A stretch of DNA of 32,000 nucleotides from Erysipelotrichaceae bacterium MTC7 (GTDB lineage Bacteria > Bacillota_I > Bacilli_A > Erysipelotrichales > Erysipelotrichaceae): NCBI GenBank assembly GCA_001695645.1, contig LVZN01000034.1:85693-117692 (forward strand), in the 5' to 3' direction. The position numbers and the translations under genes were made by a program. This document shows, in pieces, positions 1 to 8,763 of this stretch (the stretch's first letter is position 1; each line of letters opens with the position of its first letter). The notes below the pieces were generated by a model. The model did not search any database, was not told the origin of the DNA, and was given only the letters and a program-made list of their open reading frames with translations.

Positions 1-1
1 G

Positions 2-1048
2 AAGGATGTTATGGAAGAGTTCTCAAGTATGGGAGCCAACGTCAATGCCTTTACATCCTATGATGAAACTGCCTATTATTTTTCAACAACAAACAATCCA
101 ATCAAACCTTTGAACTTATTGTTGGATTTCGTTCAAGAATTAACCATTACAGAAGAATCTGTAGAAAAAGAAAAAGGCATTATTATACAAGAATTGGAAA
201 TGTATAACCAAATGCCAGATTCACGCTTGTATAGCGAACTGTTTTCATCAATGTTTGATATTCATCCAATGAAACACGACATTGGGGGAACTGCTAATAG
301 CGTCAATGCAATCACTTTAGATACCTTGTATGAATGTTACAAGTTAAACTACCATCCCAGTCGTATGATCTTGGTTGGTGTTAGTGGACATGATCCAAAA
401 GAATTGATGGAAGTCATCAAAGCAAACCAAGCAAAGAAAAGCTTTGAACGCCCATATCAAGCAAGTCGAATCTACGTTGATGAACCAATTAAGGTGCATA
501 CAGCAAAGAAACAAATTGAGATGGATATCACAACGCCAAAAACGGTTATTGCTTTTAAAACACCTGGAATCATTGATAGTAAACAAGCGGAACTATATGA
601 ATGGGCCATCACTTTTGGTCTTGATGTGGCATTTTCACCACTTGCTCCAAAATATCAAGAATGGTTGGACCAAGAGATTATCAATGATGCATTCTCCTAC
701 GATGTTGAATTTTCTAAAGACTATGGAGTCGTTGTTTTTAGTACTGAAACAAACAAAGTTCAAGCGTTTTATGATATGGTAAAAAATGAACTACAACACA
801 TCTGTGAGTTTGATGAAGTGGAACTTGAAAACATGAAACGTCGTGTTTATGGAAGTAACGTAACTTCATTAAACAGTTTTGAAGCGATTAGCGTTGGTTA
901 CATGCGTTCTTATTTTGCTGGTGTGGATTTCTTTGAAAGTTTAGAACTTGTAAATCAAGTAGACAAAGCACTCATTGAAAAAGCAAGTCAATTCATTGAC
1001 TTAGAAAATACATGTGAAGTTGAAATTCAACCAAAGAATGGCAAATAG
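2..1048 (+). CDS. M16 (pitrilysin/insulinase) family peptidase, C-terminal ~349 aa; the 5' end lies outside the window
   Basis: The frame is open from position 2 (KDV-MEEF...), so the gene is cut by the window edge. MGANVNAFTSYDETAYYF and EKEKGIIIQELEMY match the conserved M16 core. The HxxEH zinc motif would lie upstream of the window. Confidence 0.75.
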   Translation, partial: KDVMEEFSSMGANVNAFTSYDETAYYFSTTNNPIKPLNLLLDFVQELTITEESVEKEKGIIIQELEMYNQMPDSRLYSELFSSMFDIHPMKHDIGGTANSVNAITLDTLYECYKLNYHPSRMILVGVSGHDPKELMEVIKANQAKKSFERPYQASRIYVDEPIKVHTAKKQIEMDITTPKTVIAFKTPGIIDSKQAELYEWAITFGLDVAFSPLAPKYQEWLDQEIINDAFSYDVEFSKDYGVVVFSTETNKVQAFYDMVKNELQHICEFDEVELENMKRRVYGSNVTSLNSFEAISVGYMRSYFAGVDFFESLELVNQVDKALIEKASQFIDLENTCEVEIQPKNGK

Positions 1049-1061
1049 CCATTCTTTTTTT
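1036..1061 (+). terminator. Rho-independent terminator of the M16 peptidase gene
   Basis: GAATGGC-AAATA-GCCATTC forms a 7-bp stem that includes the TAG stop. A T7 run follows at 1055-1061. Confidence 0.7.
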
Positions 1062-1134
1062 AATACTTTCTTTCTTTTTAGGAAACACGAAACACTTTAC
1101 CTATATATACGTGAAGACAAAGAAAAGAGGTGTT

Positions 1135-1461
1135 ATGTTGAATCATTTTGTACTGGTAGGTCGAATGGTAGAAAAACCCGAATTACGTTTAACGAGCTCG
1201 AATATAAAATTCGCGACAGCTTCTGTGAAAGTAAAACGCAATTTTAAAAATGCCGACAACGTATACGATCACGATATTTTTCAAGTAACTTTATGGCGAG
1301 GGATTGCCGAAGATGTGATCGATGTATGTGAGTCAGGCTCACTTGTTGGCGTGAAGGGTAGAATTCAAACAAGTTTTTATACAAGCGAAGAAAACAAGAC
1401 CTATACCAATTACGAATTCATCGCAGAAAAAGTACAATTCTTAGACTTAGATGAGACGTAA
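1135..1461 (+). CDS. ssb: Short single-stranded DNA-binding protein (OB fold only, SsbB-like, 108 aa)
   Basis: MLNHFVLVGRMVEKPELR...VTLWRGIAEDV...GSLVGVKGRIQT matches the SSB OB-fold pattern. I chose ATG 1135 because AGAGGTG lies upstream. The longer track ORF starts at GTG 1111 with no SD. Confidence 0.75.
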   Translation: MLNHFVLVGRMVEKPELRLTSSNIKFATASVKVKRNFKNADNVYDHDIFQVTLWRGIAEDVIDVCESGSLVGVKGRIQTSFYTSEENKTYTNYEFIAEKVQFLDLDET

Positions 1462-1489
1462 AAAAAAGACACGTAATTGTGTCTTTTTT
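1462..1489. terminator. Bidirectional terminator between convergent ssb and rpsD
   Basis: AGACAC-GTAATT-GTGTCT forms the stem. An A-run lies on the left and a T-run on the right, so a U-tract follows the hairpin on either strand. Confidence 0.7.
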
Positions 1490-1496
1490 GATTGTA

Positions 1497-2114
1497 TTAT
1501 AACTGACGGTTGTAGAATTCTACAACTAATAGTTCGTTAATTTCAGCGTTTAATTCGTTTCTTTCAGGTGTGCGAACGTATGTACCTTTTTTTGCATTTT
1601 TATCAACGTCTACGAATGCAGGTGCCTTGTATACTGCTTCTAATGAATCGTTGATCAGTTGTAAGTTTTTCGATTTTTCTTTAACTTCAACTACTTGTCC
1701 AGGTTTTACTTGGTATGATGGAATATCAACTTTTTTACCATCTACTAAGAAGTGTCCGTGGTTTACCAATTGACGAGCTGCTCTACGAGTAGGTGCAAAT
1801 CCCATACGGTAAACTACGTTATCAAGTCTAGCTTCTAATAAGAATAAGAAGTTTTCACCTGTAACACCTTTCATTTTAATCGCACGTTTGTACGTGTTGA
1901 AGAATTGACGTTCGTTCATTTGGTACATGTAACGTAAACGTTGTTTTTCACGTAACTGTAAACCGTAGTTTGTTAACTTAATTCTTTTTGTAGGACCGTG
2001 TTGTCCTGGTGCGTATTGACGTTGTTTTCCTTTAGAAAATTCTTTTCCACTTTCTAAAATTGAGAAACTAAGACGTCTTGCTGTTTTAAAAACAGGTTTT
2101 GTAATTCTAGCCAT
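1497..2114 (-). CDS. rpsD: 30S ribosomal protein S4
   Basis: 205 aa. MARITKPVFKTARRL...QYAPGQHG...LDNVVYRMGFA..RAARQLVNHGH is unmistakable S4. The SD GGAGG sits 8 nt upstream. Confidence 0.97.
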   Translation of the reverse strand: MARITKPVFKTARRLSFSILESGKEFSKGKQRQYAPGQHGPTKRIKLTNYGLQLREKQRLRYMYQMNERQFFNTYKRAIKMKGVTGENFLFLLEARLDNVVYRMGFAPTRRAARQLVNHGHFLVDGKKVDIPSYQVKPGQVVEVKEKSKNLQLINDSLEAVYKAPAFVDVDKNAKKGTYVRTPERNELNAEINELLVVEFYNRQL

Positions 2115-2289
2115 TAATGTTTCCTCCTATATTGCTTTACAAATGCAAAACAATAACAGTACAAATTACTTTATAAGAGTGTCTGGAGTTATGTAGTTTC
2201 GTTCAAGTAAGGCAGCCGAATTACTCCTATCTCGCTTACGCGATCCAAACGCCGATTTATAAAACTTTGCATGCTGCTATTAATGATGC
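2115..2289 (-). promoter_or_regulatory. Structured 5' leader of rpsD, about 175 nt (candidate S4 autoregulatory leader)
   Basis: There is a long gap between the predicted promoter and the start codon. A GNRA-capped hairpin TCGC-GTAA-GCGA lies at 2243->2232. GGAGT (2227->2223) can pair with ACTCC (2189->2185). ATAGGAG occurs twice, at 2230->2224 and at the true SD 2130->2124. Confidence 0.45.
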
Positions 2290-2295
2290 CTGTTA

Positions 2296-2324
2296 ACTTT
2301 ATCAAAATGCAAAGCAAATGTCAA
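2296..2324 (-). promoter_or_regulatory. rpsD promoter (sigma-A type with extended -10)
   Basis: On the minus strand, TTGACA (2324->2319) is followed by a 17-nt spacer and TGATAAAGT, whose -10 hexamer is 2301->2296. Confidence 0.6.
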
Positions 2325-2330
2325 ATACAA

Positions 2331-2393
2331 TTGACAAATACAGGCGATTTACGATTATTTTGATGTTTTTTATCACCTAGATTATGGTACAAT
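2331..2393 (+). promoter_or_regulatory. ezrA promoter region (two alternative -10 elements)
   Basis: TTGACA at 2331-2336 is followed after 16 nt by GATTAT (2353-2358). A separate TGgTACAAT extended -10 lies at 2385-2393, only about 8 nt from the SD. I cannot tell which is used. Confidence 0.35.
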
Positions 2394-2411
2394 ATTTGCA
2401 GAGGTGTTGAT

Positions 2412-4166
2412 ATGGAAAATTTCATTAATTTTTTTAAACAAAATGTGTCGATTATGGGGATATTAATCGTCGCAATTATTTTGATTGCGTTCATTATTAT
2501 TTTGTTAATCGCTCGTTCGATTCGTTTGAAGCGAGCAAAAAAGGATTTTGAAGCTTTGGAACTTCGCTTTACCGAGTTAAAGGGGATTCCACTATCATTC
2601 AAACTAAACAAAGCAGTTTCATTAAGTAAGGTGAATACGAGCCTAAAAGATGATGTTACCGCTTTTCAAGAAGCATATGAAAAAACGCAAGAAGGGCTTA
2701 AAGAATACAGTGTCTTACTTGCAGAAATCGATGACTTTATCTTTTCAAAGAAAATCAAGAAAGCAAACCAAACGATTAATCAACTTGAACCAGTGGTGGC
2801 AAATACCAACAAGCTTGTTTCTAATTTGGATGCAAAACTTGAAAAAGTACTCGAACAAGAAAATACACAACGTGAAAATATCAACACGTTAAAAGAACGT
2901 TTCCGCGTGTTAAAAAGAGAATTGATGGAACACAGAAACGACTATCATACAAGTGTTGAAAATTTAGATACGTCAATCAAAAACATTGAGGAAATGTTCT
3001 CCGTTTTTGAGGAGTGGATGTTTGCGAGTGAGTTTGATAAAGCTGCAGATAAGCAAATGGAAATTCAAGTGGAAGTAGAAAATCTTGAACATGCACTACA
3101 TGTGTTACCGGATTACTACCAACAAATCAAAGGGACTTTAAGTGCTGCAACTGATGAGTTGGCTTACTTATACAGTTCAAGCAAAGCCAAAGGGGTCTAT
3201 CTGGACCACTTGGATATCGATAAACGCTTGGAAGTGATTCGTGAATTGTTAAGTGAAACACAGGCAAAATTAGGTGATGTTGATTTACCAACAATAGAAA
3301 AAGATATCGATGATTTAGAAGTACGTATCGTTTCTGTCAAAGAAGATATCGATAAAGAAAATGATGCCTATGTCCAAATTCATGAAAAGGTGAACCCACT
3401 ATTTGAACGTGTAAAAGATTTAAACAAACGCTTCGAAACCATCCGTGAACTATACGATCGCGTGAATGTTCGTTTTGGTTTTGACAACTGGACTGCACGT
3501 TTAGAAAAAGACGAAACGATGTTGGACGATTTAAACGAACAACGTTTCCGTTTAGAAAAAGTGATTAGTGAAAACAGTGTGCCATTCTCAACGTTATTCT
3601 TATCGTATGAAGAATTGGATACGATGGTTCAAAAACTAGAAATAGAATGTAAAGAAATGCTGCAACGTTTGGAATCTGCGTGCAGTGATGAAGAACGTGC
3701 TAAAGAACAAATGATAAAATTACAATTAATTGTGAACGAGATTCGCATTAAGATTGATAAAAACCACTTACCAAACGTAAGTGAGAAATACGATGATGAT
3801 TTGATTATTGCAAACAAACACATTGAAGAAATCAAAGCTTTATTACATGTCACACCATTAAACGTAGACGCTTTAAATGCAAAGATTGAAGAAAGTATTG
3901 ATTATATCTACACGCTATACAACTCTGTAAACAATCTTGTAGGCATGGCAATTATGGTCGAAAATGCAATTCTATTTGGTAATAAATACCGTAGTGAATA
4001 TGCAGAGGTTGACAGTGAACTAACAAGAGCTGAACTTTGTTTCAACAATGGACAATACACAAAATCGTTAAAGATTGCGATGAGCATTATTGAGAAACTA
4101 CATCCTGGAGTTTATGAAAATTTAGTTAAGAAAGGTGTCGACATCAATGAAGCCATCCAAATCTAA
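2412..4166 (+). CDS. ezrA: Septation ring formation regulator EzrA
   Basis: 584 aa. A single N-terminal TM helix (IMGILIVAIILIAFIIILLIA) is followed by a long coiled-coil region. Its position next to rpsD and upstream of nifZ-thiI matches B. subtilis. The SD is GAGGTG. Confidence 0.85.
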   Translation: MENFINFFKQNVSIMGILIVAIILIAFIIILLIARSIRLKRAKKDFEALELRFTELKGIPLSFKLNKAVSLSKVNTSLKDDVTAFQEAYEKTQEGLKEYSVLLAEIDDFIFSKKIKKANQTINQLEPVVANTNKLVSNLDAKLEKVLEQENTQRENINTLKERFRVLKRELMEHRNDYHTSVENLDTSIKNIEEMFSVFEEWMFASEFDKAADKQMEIQVEVENLEHALHVLPDYYQQIKGTLSAATDELAYLYSSSKAKGVYLDHLDIDKRLEVIRELLSETQAKLGDVDLPTIEKDIDDLEVRIVSVKEDIDKENDAYVQIHEKVNPLFERVKDLNKRFETIRELYDRVNVRFGFDNWTARLEKDETMLDDLNEQRFRLEKVISENSVPFSTLFLSYEELDTMVQKLEIECKEMLQRLESACSDEERAKEQMIKLQLIVNEIRIKIDKNHLPNVSEKYDDDLIIANKHIEEIKALLHVTPLNVDALNAKIEESIDYIYTLYNSVNNLVGMAIMVENAILFGNKYRSEYAEVDSELTRAELCFNNGQYTKSLKIAMSIIEKLHPGVYENLVKKGVDINEAIQI

Positions 4167-5292
4167 TATCTATTTAGATTACGCTTCGACAACACCAATC
4201 AGAAAAGAAGTTTTGGATACCTATCAAATGTGTGTCCAAAACTACTTTTATAATTCTGAGAGTGTGTATGAACCTGCATTACAGGTTCATGATTATGTTG
4301 AAGCTAGTCGCAAAAAGATCGCCGAAACATTCCAAGTGAAAACTGAGGAAGTGTTTTTTATGTCAGGAGCAAGTGAAGCCAATTCGCTTGCAATCACGGG
4401 ATACGCTTTGCAAAACCAGCATAAAGGAAAACACTTGATTACAACAATGATGGAACATTCTTCAGTGTTACACGCATTTGAACAGTTGGAACAATTGTTT
4501 GGTTTTGAAGTTACCTACTTACAACCCAACAAAGAAGGGTGCATTTCGCTAAATCAAGTCAAACAAGCCATGCGTAAAGATACGATCATGATTTCCATCA
4601 TGGCCGTTAACAATGAGGTGGGAAGTATCCAACCAATCGAAGAAATTGCAGCATATGTTAAAGCAAACTCACGTATATGCATGATGTCTGATGGCGTACA
4701 ACTGGTTGGTAAACATGACTTACCTTTACGTGATATCGACTTATTTACCTTTACAACGCATAAATTGTATGGGGTTAAAGGTTGTGGAATTTTGATCAAG
4801 AAGAAAAATATCGAACTTGTACCTATCGTACACGGTGGGGCACAAGAGCAAGGATTACGCGGAGGCACACTTGATGCTCCAGCCTGTATTGTTGCTGCAA
4901 AGACCATTCGTTTGATCATGCAAGAACAGCAAGCAAGTTTACAACATGTAACTTTGTTGCGTGATCAAATCTATGATGCACTAAAACAAATGGAACAAAT
5001 TGAACTCAATTCCAATTGTGCATGTAGTCCTTACATTATCAACTTTTCATGCAAGACGATGAATTCAGAGATTTTAATGAATGCCTTGAATGAACGCGGC
5101 ATTTACATTTCAAGCCAAAGTGCTTGTTCAACACGGACCAAGAGTCCATCTCATACACTCTTAGCGATGTCGTATGATGAAAAACATGCCTTAAGTGCTG
5201 TTAGAATCTCACTTTCGCACTTGACAACAAAGCAGGAAGTGTCTATCTTATTAGAGAATCTAAAGGAGATTTTATATGCATACAGCACCTAA
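4147..5292 (+). CDS. nifZ: Class V aminotransferase-fold cysteine desulfurase (NifZ/IscS-like partner of ThiI)
   Basis: IYLDYASTTP is present at the N-terminus. HKLYGVKGCGIL carries the PLP lysine and SSQSACS the catalytic cysteine. The gene lies directly upstream of thiI and overlaps it. I prefer ATG 4147 over GTG 4135. Confidence 0.85.
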   Translation: MKPSKSNIYLDYASTTPIRKEVLDTYQMCVQNYFYNSESVYEPALQVHDYVEASRKKIAETFQVKTEEVFFMSGASEANSLAITGYALQNQHKGKHLITTMMEHSSVLHAFEQLEQLFGFEVTYLQPNKEGCISLNQVKQAMRKDTIMISIMAVNNEVGSIQPIEEIAAYVKANSRICMMSDGVQLVGKHDLPLRDIDLFTFTTHKLYGVKGCGILIKKKNIELVPIVHGGAQEQGLRGGTLDAPACIVAAKTIRLIMQEQQASLQHVTLLRDQIYDALKQMEQIELNSNCACSPYIINFSCKTMNSEILMNALNERGIYISSQSACSTRTKSPSHTLLAMSYDEKHALSAVRISLSHLTTKQEVSILLENLKEILYAYST

Positions 5293-6490
5293 TGAATACA
5301 ACCATATCCTCATTCGATTTGGGGAATTATCAACCAAAGGAAAGAATAAAAAAGACTTCATTCGTCAACTGATGATGAATGTAAAAAAATCACTACGTGA
5401 GTTTGAACATTTAGCATACGAAAAAGGTCATGACCGCATGTACATTTTGTTGAATGGAGAAGACTATAAAGCCGTTAGCAAACGTTTGCAATGCGTATTC
5501 GGTATTTCTAGTTTCTCACTCGCAAAAAAAGTTCCAAGTGAATTGGATGCCATTGTGGAAGCTGCATATGCTGTTGCTAGTCAAGCAAGCAGTGAGATTC
5601 ATACCTTTAAAATGGATACGCGTCGTCATCACAAACCATTTTTATATTCAAGTGATGAAATCAATCGCGCGTGTGCAACTAAGATCTTACAAAACACAGA
5701 ACTTAAAGTTAACGTAAAAAAACCAGATTTACGCATTCAAGTTGAAGTTCGTGAATTCTATACCTATGTAATGAGCGATAAAATCAAAGGTGCAGGTGGA
5801 TATCCTGTAGGTAGTAGCGGTAAAGCACTTGTTATGTTATCTGGAGGAATTGATTCACCAGTTGCTTGTTATGAAATGATGAAACGTGGTGTCGCAATTG
5901 AATGCATTCACTACGCATCACCGCCATACACAAGTGTGCAGGCCTTAAACAAAGTGAAAGCACTCGCAAGTAAGCTTGCTTTATATCAAGGTCATATTCG
6001 TCTTCATGTCGTACCATTTACACAAATGCAATTGGCAATATATAAACATTGTTATGAAAGTTATGCCATTACCGTGATGCGTCGTATGATGTATCGTATG
6101 GCTCAACAAATCGCAGAGAAACAAAATTGTTTAGCTATCGTTAATGGAGAAAGTTTGGGACAAGTTGCTAGTCAAACGTTGGAGTCTATGAATGTCATTG
6201 GTAAAGTGGTTGATATACCGGTATTACGTCCAATTGTTTGTCACGATAAACTAGAAATTATCGATATCGCACAGAAAATTGATACATATGAAATTTCCAT
6301 TCAGCCATTTGAAGATTGTTGTACCATCTTTACACCAAAGAAACCAACAACAAAACCGAATTTGGCTAAAGTAGAAAAAATGGAAACTCACTTTGATTGG
6401 CAAAGTGAACTTGATACTGCAGTCGCAAATACCGAAGCTGAAAATATATACTACGATCAAGTATTCCAAAATGACGAGGATTTATTTTAA
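5276..6490 (+). CDS. thiI: tRNA uracil 4-sulfurtransferase ThiI (no rhodanese domain)
   Basis: LIRFGELSTKGKNK marks the N-terminal ferredoxin-like/THUMP region and SGGIDSPVA is the PP-loop. 404 aa. The SD GGAG precedes the start, which overlaps the nifZ end by 17 nt. Confidence 0.93.
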   Translation: MHTAPNEYNHILIRFGELSTKGKNKKDFIRQLMMNVKKSLREFEHLAYEKGHDRMYILLNGEDYKAVSKRLQCVFGISSFSLAKKVPSELDAIVEAAYAVASQASSEIHTFKMDTRRHHKPFLYSSDEINRACATKILQNTELKVNVKKPDLRIQVEVREFYTYVMSDKIKGAGGYPVGSSGKALVMLSGGIDSPVACYEMMKRGVAIECIHYASPPYTSVQALNKVKALASKLALYQGHIRLHVVPFTQMQLAIYKHCYESYAITVMRRMMYRMAQQIAEKQNCLAIVNGESLGQVASQTLESMNVIGKVVDIPVLRPIVCHDKLEIIDIAQKIDTYEISIQPFEDCCTIFTPKKPTTKPNLAKVEKMETHFDWQSELDTAVANTEAENIYYDQVFQNDEDLF

Positions 6491-7275
6491 TGTTAGTTTG
6501 TCCTGTTTGTCAAAAAGACTTACACAAACAAGAACACCGCTACATTTGCAAAAACCATCATGTGTATGATATTGCAAAAGAAGGGTATGTAAACCTCTAT
6601 TTAAAAAGCGCAAAAACTTCTGGTGATGAACTGGCAATGGTCCAAGCCAGAAGGCTTTTTTTAAGCAAGGGATACTATTCTTGTTTACAAGATAAGTTAA
6701 TTGAGATGATTCAAGTTGTGCAACCTTCGATTATTGTTGATGCTGGTTGTGGGGAAGGTTACTACACCAACGCACTGGCAAGTGCCTTGCCTGATACATC
6801 TGTTTATGGAATCGATCTTAGCAAGCGTGCCTTAAAGTATGCAGCCAAACGAAGCAATCGTGTTACGTATATCCTTAGTAGTATTTTTCACATGCCAATC
6901 AAGAAGCAAAGTGCCAATCTTTTAGTAAATGTATTTGCACCGTTCTCGTACGAAGAATATACACGCATCATCAAAGATGATGGATATATTGTTACCGTGG
7001 AACCTGGAGCTAACCATCTATTACAACTGAAAGAAGAACTTTATGAACAAGTGTATCCAAATACAGAAAGTACACATCAAAACTTGCAAGTGGTCCAACG
7101 TACGTATGTCAAAGATACCATTACATGTCCAAAGGATGATTTACAAGCCTTGTTTATGATGACACCGTATTATCACAAAACCAGCAAAGAGGCGATTAAA
7201 AAACTAGAAGAACTTGCTTCTTTAACCTTAGATCTTGAATTTGTCATAACTATGTACCAAAAGCAAACAAATTAA
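6490..7275 (+). CDS. rlmA: 23S rRNA (guanine-N1)-methyltransferase, RlmA/RrmA family
   Basis: An N-terminal zinc ribbon reads CPVCQ...YICKNHH. YVNL and the SAM motif VDAGCGEGYY follow. The start shares a TAATG overlap with the thiI stop. Confidence 0.8.
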   Translation: MLVCPVCQKDLHKQEHRYICKNHHVYDIAKEGYVNLYLKSAKTSGDELAMVQARRLFLSKGYYSCLQDKLIEMIQVVQPSIIVDAGCGEGYYTNALASALPDTSVYGIDLSKRALKYAAKRSNRVTYILSSIFHMPIKKQSANLLVNVFAPFSYEEYTRIIKDDGYIVTVEPGANHLLQLKEELYEQVYPNTESTHQNLQVVQRTYVKDTITCPKDDLQALFMMTPYYHKTSKEAIKKLEELASLTLDLEFVITMYQKQTN

Positions 7276-7297
7276 GACATTCCAATGTCTTTTTTTT
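7274..7297 (+). terminator. Rho-independent terminator ending the ezrA-nifZ-thiI-rlmA unit
   Basis: AAGACAT-TCCA-ATGTCTT forms a 7-bp stem that overlaps the TAA stop. A T-run extends to 7297. Confidence 0.65.
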
Positions 7298-7301
7298 GTG
7301 G

Positions 7302-7322
7302 ACTCTATAGTAACTATAGAGT
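7302..7322. repeat. Perfect 9-bp inverted repeat abutting a TATAAT box (candidate operator or second terminator hairpin)
   Basis: ACTCTATAG-TAA-CTATAGAGT lies at 7302-7322. TATAAT at 7324-7329 sits 34 nt upstream of the HAD gene start. Confidence 0.5.
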
Positions 7323-7362
7323 TTATAATTAAAGTAATAGAGACGAAAAAGGAGTATCTTAT

Positions 7363-8196
7363 ATGATGGAAAATTTACAGTTGGTGATTTGCGATATTGA
7401 TAATACACTGGTATCAGCGCATACACATGAAATGCAACCATACACAAAAGAAGTTATTCGTAAATTGCATGCACATGGCATCCACTTCGGACTTGCTTCA
7501 GGTCGTCCTTTAGACGAAATTGAAGCACAAGTAAAACGTTGGGGTTTACAAGAAGAAACAACTTTGTTGTTGGGTTTAAATGGTTGTCAACTCTGGGATG
7601 GAAACCACAAGCGTTTAGATTCCTATTATTTGCTAGAAACTGCATGGATCAAAGAGATTCTTGAACTGATGGAACCCTTTGACTTAAATCCATACATGTA
7701 TTTGGATGGTGGTCGTTTTTTAGCAACTCGCATGGATGAAATGGTCCAATACTCCGCCAATAAAGTTGGTAAGAAAATTATTCTCGTCGATGATACACGT
7801 GAATTTTATAAAGAAAAAAATGCAAAACTGATGTTTCGGATTGCTGAAGATAAGATGCCAGAAATAGAGGCCTATGTTAAGCAACACGAATCCAACCATT
7901 ACAAAGCGTTCAAGACGCAAACAACGATGCTCGAATTTGCAAATCGTAATGTATCAAAAGCATTTGCGATGAAAGAATACTGCAAACACAATGACATCGC
8001 GGTGCAAGATGTCATGGCTTTTGGCGACATGTCAAATGATAACGATATGTTAGAAGCAAGTGGTCTAGGCGTATGTTTGTTGAATGGTAGTGATGATACC
8101 AAGGCAATTGCAGACATGATTACTGAAAAAACATGCGATGAAGAAGGGTTTGCCCACTTTATTGAACAATATGTATTTACCCCAAGAGGTTGGTAA
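7363..8196 (+). CDS. Cof-type HAD-IIB family hydrolase (sugar-phosphate phosphatase-like)
   Basis: VICDIDNTL is motif I, LASGRP motif II and FGDMSNDNDML motif IV. 277 aa. The SD AAGGAG precedes the start. Confidence 0.85.
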   Translation: MMENLQLVICDIDNTLVSAHTHEMQPYTKEVIRKLHAHGIHFGLASGRPLDEIEAQVKRWGLQEETTLLLGLNGCQLWDGNHKRLDSYYLLETAWIKEILELMEPFDLNPYMYLDGGRFLATRMDEMVQYSANKVGKKIILVDDTREFYKEKNAKLMFRIAEDKMPEIEAYVKQHESNHYKAFKTQTTMLEFANRNVSKAFAMKEYCKHNDIAVQDVMAFGDMSNDNDMLEASGLGVCLLNGSDDTKAIADMITEKTCDEEGFAHFIEQYVFTPRGW

Positions 8197-8229
8197 CGTA
8201 TACCAAACATCCAATTCTATAGATAAAGT

Positions 8230-8268
8230 AAAACCTACAATATGACAACTTGTCAGCTGTAGGTTTTT
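8230..8268 (+). terminator. Rho-independent terminator
   Basis: AAAACCTACA pairs with TGTAGGTTTT in a 10-bp stem. An inner TGACA-ACT-TGTCA hairpin is nested inside, and a T-run follows. Confidence 0.8.
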
Positions 8269-8356
8269 ATGTTGGACAACCGTCTTCATCTTTTTAGTCA
8301 TTTTCATATTCAAACCAAAAATATGCGTTATACTTAAGGAACAGTGAGGTAACTTT

Positions 8357-8713
8357 ATGAAGCAAAGCGAAATTGAAACATACATCAAAGATGCACCAGA
8401 AGCAGCACAAGAGCGGTTATGGAACATCTATCATCTGATTAAAAAGATCTTTCCTGAAGCAGAGGAGCGCATTCGCTATGGGATGCCTACATTTTATTGG
8501 TATGAAAACGTGGTTCACTTTGCCTTATTAAAACATCACATTGGTTTGTATCCAACACCTTCAGGCGTTATCGATTTTCAAGCACTTGAACCATCCTTTA
8601 AAACTGCAAAGGGAAGTATACAACTACCTTTTACAAAAGATATACCATATGCTTCCATTGAAAAGATGTTAGACAATCGTAAAATGGAACTCAAAAGAAA
8701 ACATTCTCAATAG
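8357..8713 (+). CDS. DUF1801 (YdhG-like) domain protein
   Basis: 118 aa. The pattern ...RIRYGMPTFYWYENVVHFALLKHHIGLYP... is typical of the DUF1801 family. The SD is GTGAGGT. Confidence 0.7.
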   Translation: MKQSEIETYIKDAPEAAQERLWNIYHLIKKIFPEAEERIRYGMPTFYWYENVVHFALLKHHIGLYPTPSGVIDFQALEPSFKTAKGSIQLPFTKDIPYASIEKMLDNRKMELKRKHSQ

Positions 8714-8723
8714 CATGATAATT

Positions 8724-8732
8724 TGTTATAAT
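8724..8732 (+). promoter_or_regulatory. Extended -10 promoter element upstream of ffh
   Basis: TGtTATAAT lies at 8724-8732, 32 nt upstream of the ffh ATG. Confidence 0.5.
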
Positions 8733-8763
8733 ATGATATGGTAAAAAAGAAAGGTATGATACT

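Noticed and set aside
1014-1247. 77-aa + strand ORF bridging the M16 gene end and ssb. Also the GTG-1111 extension of ssb, the GTG-4135 extension of nifZ and the GTG-28688 extension of asp23.
   Set aside because: The 77-aa ORF runs through a terminator. The three extended starts lack an SD, whereas internal ATGs have well-spaced GGAG/GAGG sites.
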